A DNA stretch of 9,448 nt from Promethearchaeota archaeon. GTDB lineage: Archaea > Asgardarchaeota > Odinarchaeia > Odinarchaeales > JBHLKK01. The stretch is from assembly GCA_048939465.1 (NCBI GenBank), contig JBHLPL010000074.1, forward strand, positions 1-9,448, given 5' to 3'. The position numbers were made by a program, and so were the translations under genes. Position 1 is the first letter of the stretch, and each line of letters opens with the position of its first letter. The notes under the pieces are model-generated. The model saw nothing but the letters and a program-made list of their open reading frames with translations. It was not told the origin of the DNA and did no database searches. Below, in pieces: positions 7,094 to 9,448 of this stretch.

Positions 7094-7250
7094 CGCTGAC
7101 CTTAATTTTCATCAAGCAATTCAGAAATCAGATTTAGAGTGTTTGTTCTATTTATGGCAGACTCTCCTTCCAAATGCTATTTCTGGGACTAAAGACTTAA
7201 ATTTATCAGGATTATGGCTAATTGCAGTGTATTGAGAAGGTGTGTTCCTA

Positions 7251-8075
7251 ATGGCTCCGAATGTTGCCGTACTGGATATCGATTCTCTCGCCGAGGCACT
7301 TGACCTCATCGGTGGTTTGAATGATCTGAATACGCCTGAGACAAGAGTTATCGTAAAGGTTGGAATCTTCAACGTTGAAACAGGAATTTGTACTACTGTC
7401 GACACACTTAATTCAATCATCAATTCCTTCGATAAGGCAACAGATATTCTGGTAGCAGAATCTGACAGCTTTGCTGGACCAGGGCTTGAACGGCTGAAGA
7501 TATGGGAAGTCTGCTACAATGATAGAGTTGTTCCATTCAACCTATCAGACGACAAGGACAAGAAGACGGTCGATATTGCTGGAGAGAGTGTGCCATTATC
7601 CCATATACTATTTGAGCCGAATACTTTCGTCAGCACTCACGTACCCAGAAGATATGAGGATGCTGGAGACGAGGATCTTATGAATATGGGTTCTGTCATC
7701 AAGAATCTGCTGGGTCTGATTCCAGATACGAAGAAATTCAGATTCCATGAGCAGCTGCCTGCTGCTCTTCTAGATATGTATGAGGCAATTGGAGGAATAG
7801 ATCTTGCAGTATTGGATGGAACTCACGTCTTCCTAGGACGAAAGAAGAAGAGAGTAACCGTCTCTCCAAGACTGCTCATGGTTGGGAAGGATGCATTTGC
7901 GGTTGAAGCAGTCGGAGTCCACTTGGTTGGTCTTAATCCAACAGAGAATCCTGTACTGCAAGAAGCCAGGAACCGAGGATTGGGTGAGATTAATATTGAC
8001 AAGATAAATATTCTCGGAGATATTGAAGGGCCAAGAGATATGATTATTCAGGCATTCAGAGGAATTGGTTCCTAG
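7251..8075 (+). CDS. DUF362 domain-containing protein (274 aa; ATG 7251 preferred over GTG 7242)
   Basis: DUF362-like order of motifs VIVK, VAES, STH, KNLLGLIP, AVLDG, VGKDAFAVE, LGEINIDKI. AGGTG (7238-7242) sits 8 nt before ATG 7251, so the GTG in the track is part of the SD. Confidence 0.75.
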   Translation: MAPNVAVLDIDSLAEALDLIGGLNDLNTPETRVIVKVGIFNVETGICTTVDTLNSIINSFDKATDILVAESDSFAGPGLERLKIWEVCYNDRVVPFNLSDDKDKKTVDIAGESVPLSHILFEPNTFVSTHVPRRYEDAGDEDLMNMGSVIKNLLGLIPDTKKFRFHEQLPAALLDMYEAIGGIDLAVLDGTHVFLGRKKKRVTVSPRLLMVGKDAFAVEAVGVHLVGLNPTENPVLQEARNRGLGEINIDKINILGDIEGPRDMIIQAFRGIGS

Positions 8076-8204
8076 GAAGTAGGCAGTAAGCGAGGAAGAA
8101 CGAAAATATTACAAATATATAAAAAAAGGGTTATGTCGAGAGCAACTGTGCGGAGCCCGTGCTCCCCTGGAAATTTAACTCAGCCTGTGATTTTCCAAAT
8201 GCTT

Positions 8205-8717
8205 CTACTGAGCCTCACCCTTCACCTTAGCGAAGTCTATTCTCAATCTGATTTCCTTACCAGGCTTTATTTGCGCTGAGATCCAAGATTTATCATCCGG
8301 AAGCGCTAATGTGCTGCCTATTGTCTCTATAAAGCCTTCAGGTATTGTCATGGCCCATCTTCTCAGGATGGGTGAGATTTCATGTCCCAACATCTCGCTA
8401 TGAATTGGCACAAGGGATGCTTGGTATTTCTCTTCGCCGAGTTTAGCTGCTTCTCCGACTGCTTCCTGTGCCGCTCCTCCGACCGCTTCCCCCACGTCTC
8501 CTCCACGTATTGCTGCCAAGCCTACCTTTGCCGCACTGACTGCTGCCCTCAGTTTACCGAAACCACCCTTTTTCTTGGCTAGGAAAGAGAACGTATAACA
8601 ACCTTCTCCTCGCCCAGGAGTACATCTTTCGTCAACAGCATAGCTCTTATCGTCATTCTGCATCTTTTCGGCCGCTTCTCTCAGCTTTCGGGTTAACTCT
8701 TTGAGAATGTCGCCTAT
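8205..8717 (-). CDS. Hypothetical protein with central Gly/Ala-rich segment; start uncertain (ATG 8663 = 152 aa, or ATA 8717 = 170 aa)
   Basis: Protein-like composition. The frame stays open upstream to 8762 with no ATG/GTG/TTG. A T7 tract on the minus strand at 8121-8127 may be its terminator. No family recognised. Confidence 0.7.
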   Translation of the reverse strand: MGDILKELTRKLREAAEKMQNDDKSYAVDERCTPGRGEGCYTFSFLAKKKGGFGKLRAAVSAAKVGLAAIRGGDVGEAVGGAAQEAVGEAAKLGEEKYQASLVPIHSEMLGHEISPILRRWAMTIPEGFIETIGSTLALPDDKSWISAQIKPGKEIRLRIDFAKVKGEAQ

Positions 8718-8944
8718 TGCCTTCCCCCCCTTAAGTCCCCTTAAGAGGAACTTTCTGTTGGTTCACAGTATTGAGGTAGGTAATAAATAAATGTTTAGAA
8801 AGAGCAAAGATCCTGTTTTGCTCGTGTTTTATTAGTCGGATGAGGGCGATCTAATGGCTTTTGATACGAAAGCTTATTTTTTCTCAAACTGTGTAACAGG
8901 CATACCATAACTTCGAATTTCAGCTCCAATTATTCAAGGTTTCT

Positions 8945-9448
8945 TTAGCTAGAAAAATCAATTTCATCGGTGAGTTTCAAGGTAACTCCTGCTTCATTCA
9001 ATCTTCTATTCCAAGATTCAATCGATTTCTTTGCGAGTTTTTCGAGTCCATCACGGCTGTGGCCGTCTCTTACAAGAATTACTTCGTAACCGAGTTCTTT
9101 TGCTCCTCTACAAGTAGCTTGAACACAATTATGGGTCCAAATTCCTACGATTACCAATTGGTTTATTTTTCTTGCATCTAATTCTTTTTTGAGGTTTGTG
9201 TTTTCGAAAGCATTGGGTTTTTCCTTTACTATAAACGTATCATTATCGTCAACTTTCAATTCTGGATGTAATTGCCACTCAACAGAATCTTCCACTAGCC
9301 GGGAGCTACAATGTTGAATAAAAAACACAGGAATATGTGCGAAATGTGCACCGTCAATTAGATGGTTTATGTTTCTTAGTAATTGATTTTCTTTGTATAT
9401 TGGTGTCGAGCGAATGAAAAGTCCGTATTGGACGTCGACTACTACTAA
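8945..9448 (-). CDS. Isochorismatase-family cysteine hydrolase (5'-partial, start beyond right edge)
   Basis: The frame continues upstream of the track's GTG 9328 without stops: LVVVDVQYGLF...NINHLIDGAH...PVFFIQH. The Asp-Lys-Cys triad is visible: Asp in VDVQ (9434-9436), Lys in IVKEKPNAF, Cys in THNCV (9125-9127). Confidence 0.92.
   Translation of the reverse strand, partial: LVVVDVQYGLFIRSTPIYKENQLLRNINHLIDGAHFAHIPVFFIQHCSSRLVEDSVEWQLHPELKVDDNDTFIVKEKPNAFENTNLKKELDARKINQLVIVGIWTHNCVQATCRGAKELGYEVILVRDGHSRDGLEKLAKKSIESWNRRLNEAGVTLKLTDEIDFSS

Noticed and set aside
6038-8582. Track ORFs 6038-6226(-), 6241-6462(-), 6879-7115(-), 7044-7235(+), 7148-7423(-), 8382-8582(+)
   Set aside because: Shadow ORFs of real genes. 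7044-7235 spans a terminator-like tract and the DUF362 promoter region and has no protein-like features.
8945-9328. Apparent N-terminally truncated isochorismatase (pseudogene) as given by the track
   Set aside because: The frame is open to the window edge and contains the catalytic Asp, so the truncation is a window artefact.
1-9448. CRISPR array, tRNA, rRNA, integrase or defence operon
   Set aside because: No regularly spaced repeat-spacer series, cloverleaf or rRNA-like sequence was seen. The methyltransferase lacks DNA-MTase motifs (DPPY/NPPY/PCQ), so methyltransferase plus EEP is not called a restriction-like system.

Overview
Archaeal-type genomic DNA: TATA-like boxes, GGTG(A)-type SD motifs and U-tract terminators; the gene styles resemble uncultured Bathyarchaeia/Asgard-like archaea, but that placement is an inference. 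There are nine protein genes. Two run off the window edges and are absent or mis-started in the supplied ORF track: a secreted tandem-DUF2341 protein (left) and an isochorismatase-family hydrolase (right). The others are a class I SAM methyltransferase, a D-2-hydroxyacid dehydrogenase, an EEP-family nuclease/phosphatase, a coupled pair (HTH/Cys-motif regulator plus bPH_2 membrane protein), a DUF362 protein and a hypothetical protein. The most notable non-coding feature is a 297-bp ORF-less IS200/IS605-family mini-element (4070-4366, top strand = minus). It has both subterminal hairpins and guide/cleavage tetranucleotides that fit the IS608 pairing rule. It sits inside the stop codon of the EEP gene, supplies a new stop, and carries a highly structured minus-strand interior resembling a stand-alone TnpB-type omegaRNA. 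Next is a duplicated ~30-bp TACCAA-containing motif bracketing the TATA box of the HTH-bPH_2 operon, a candidate operator. No CRISPR array, tRNA or rRNA was seen.
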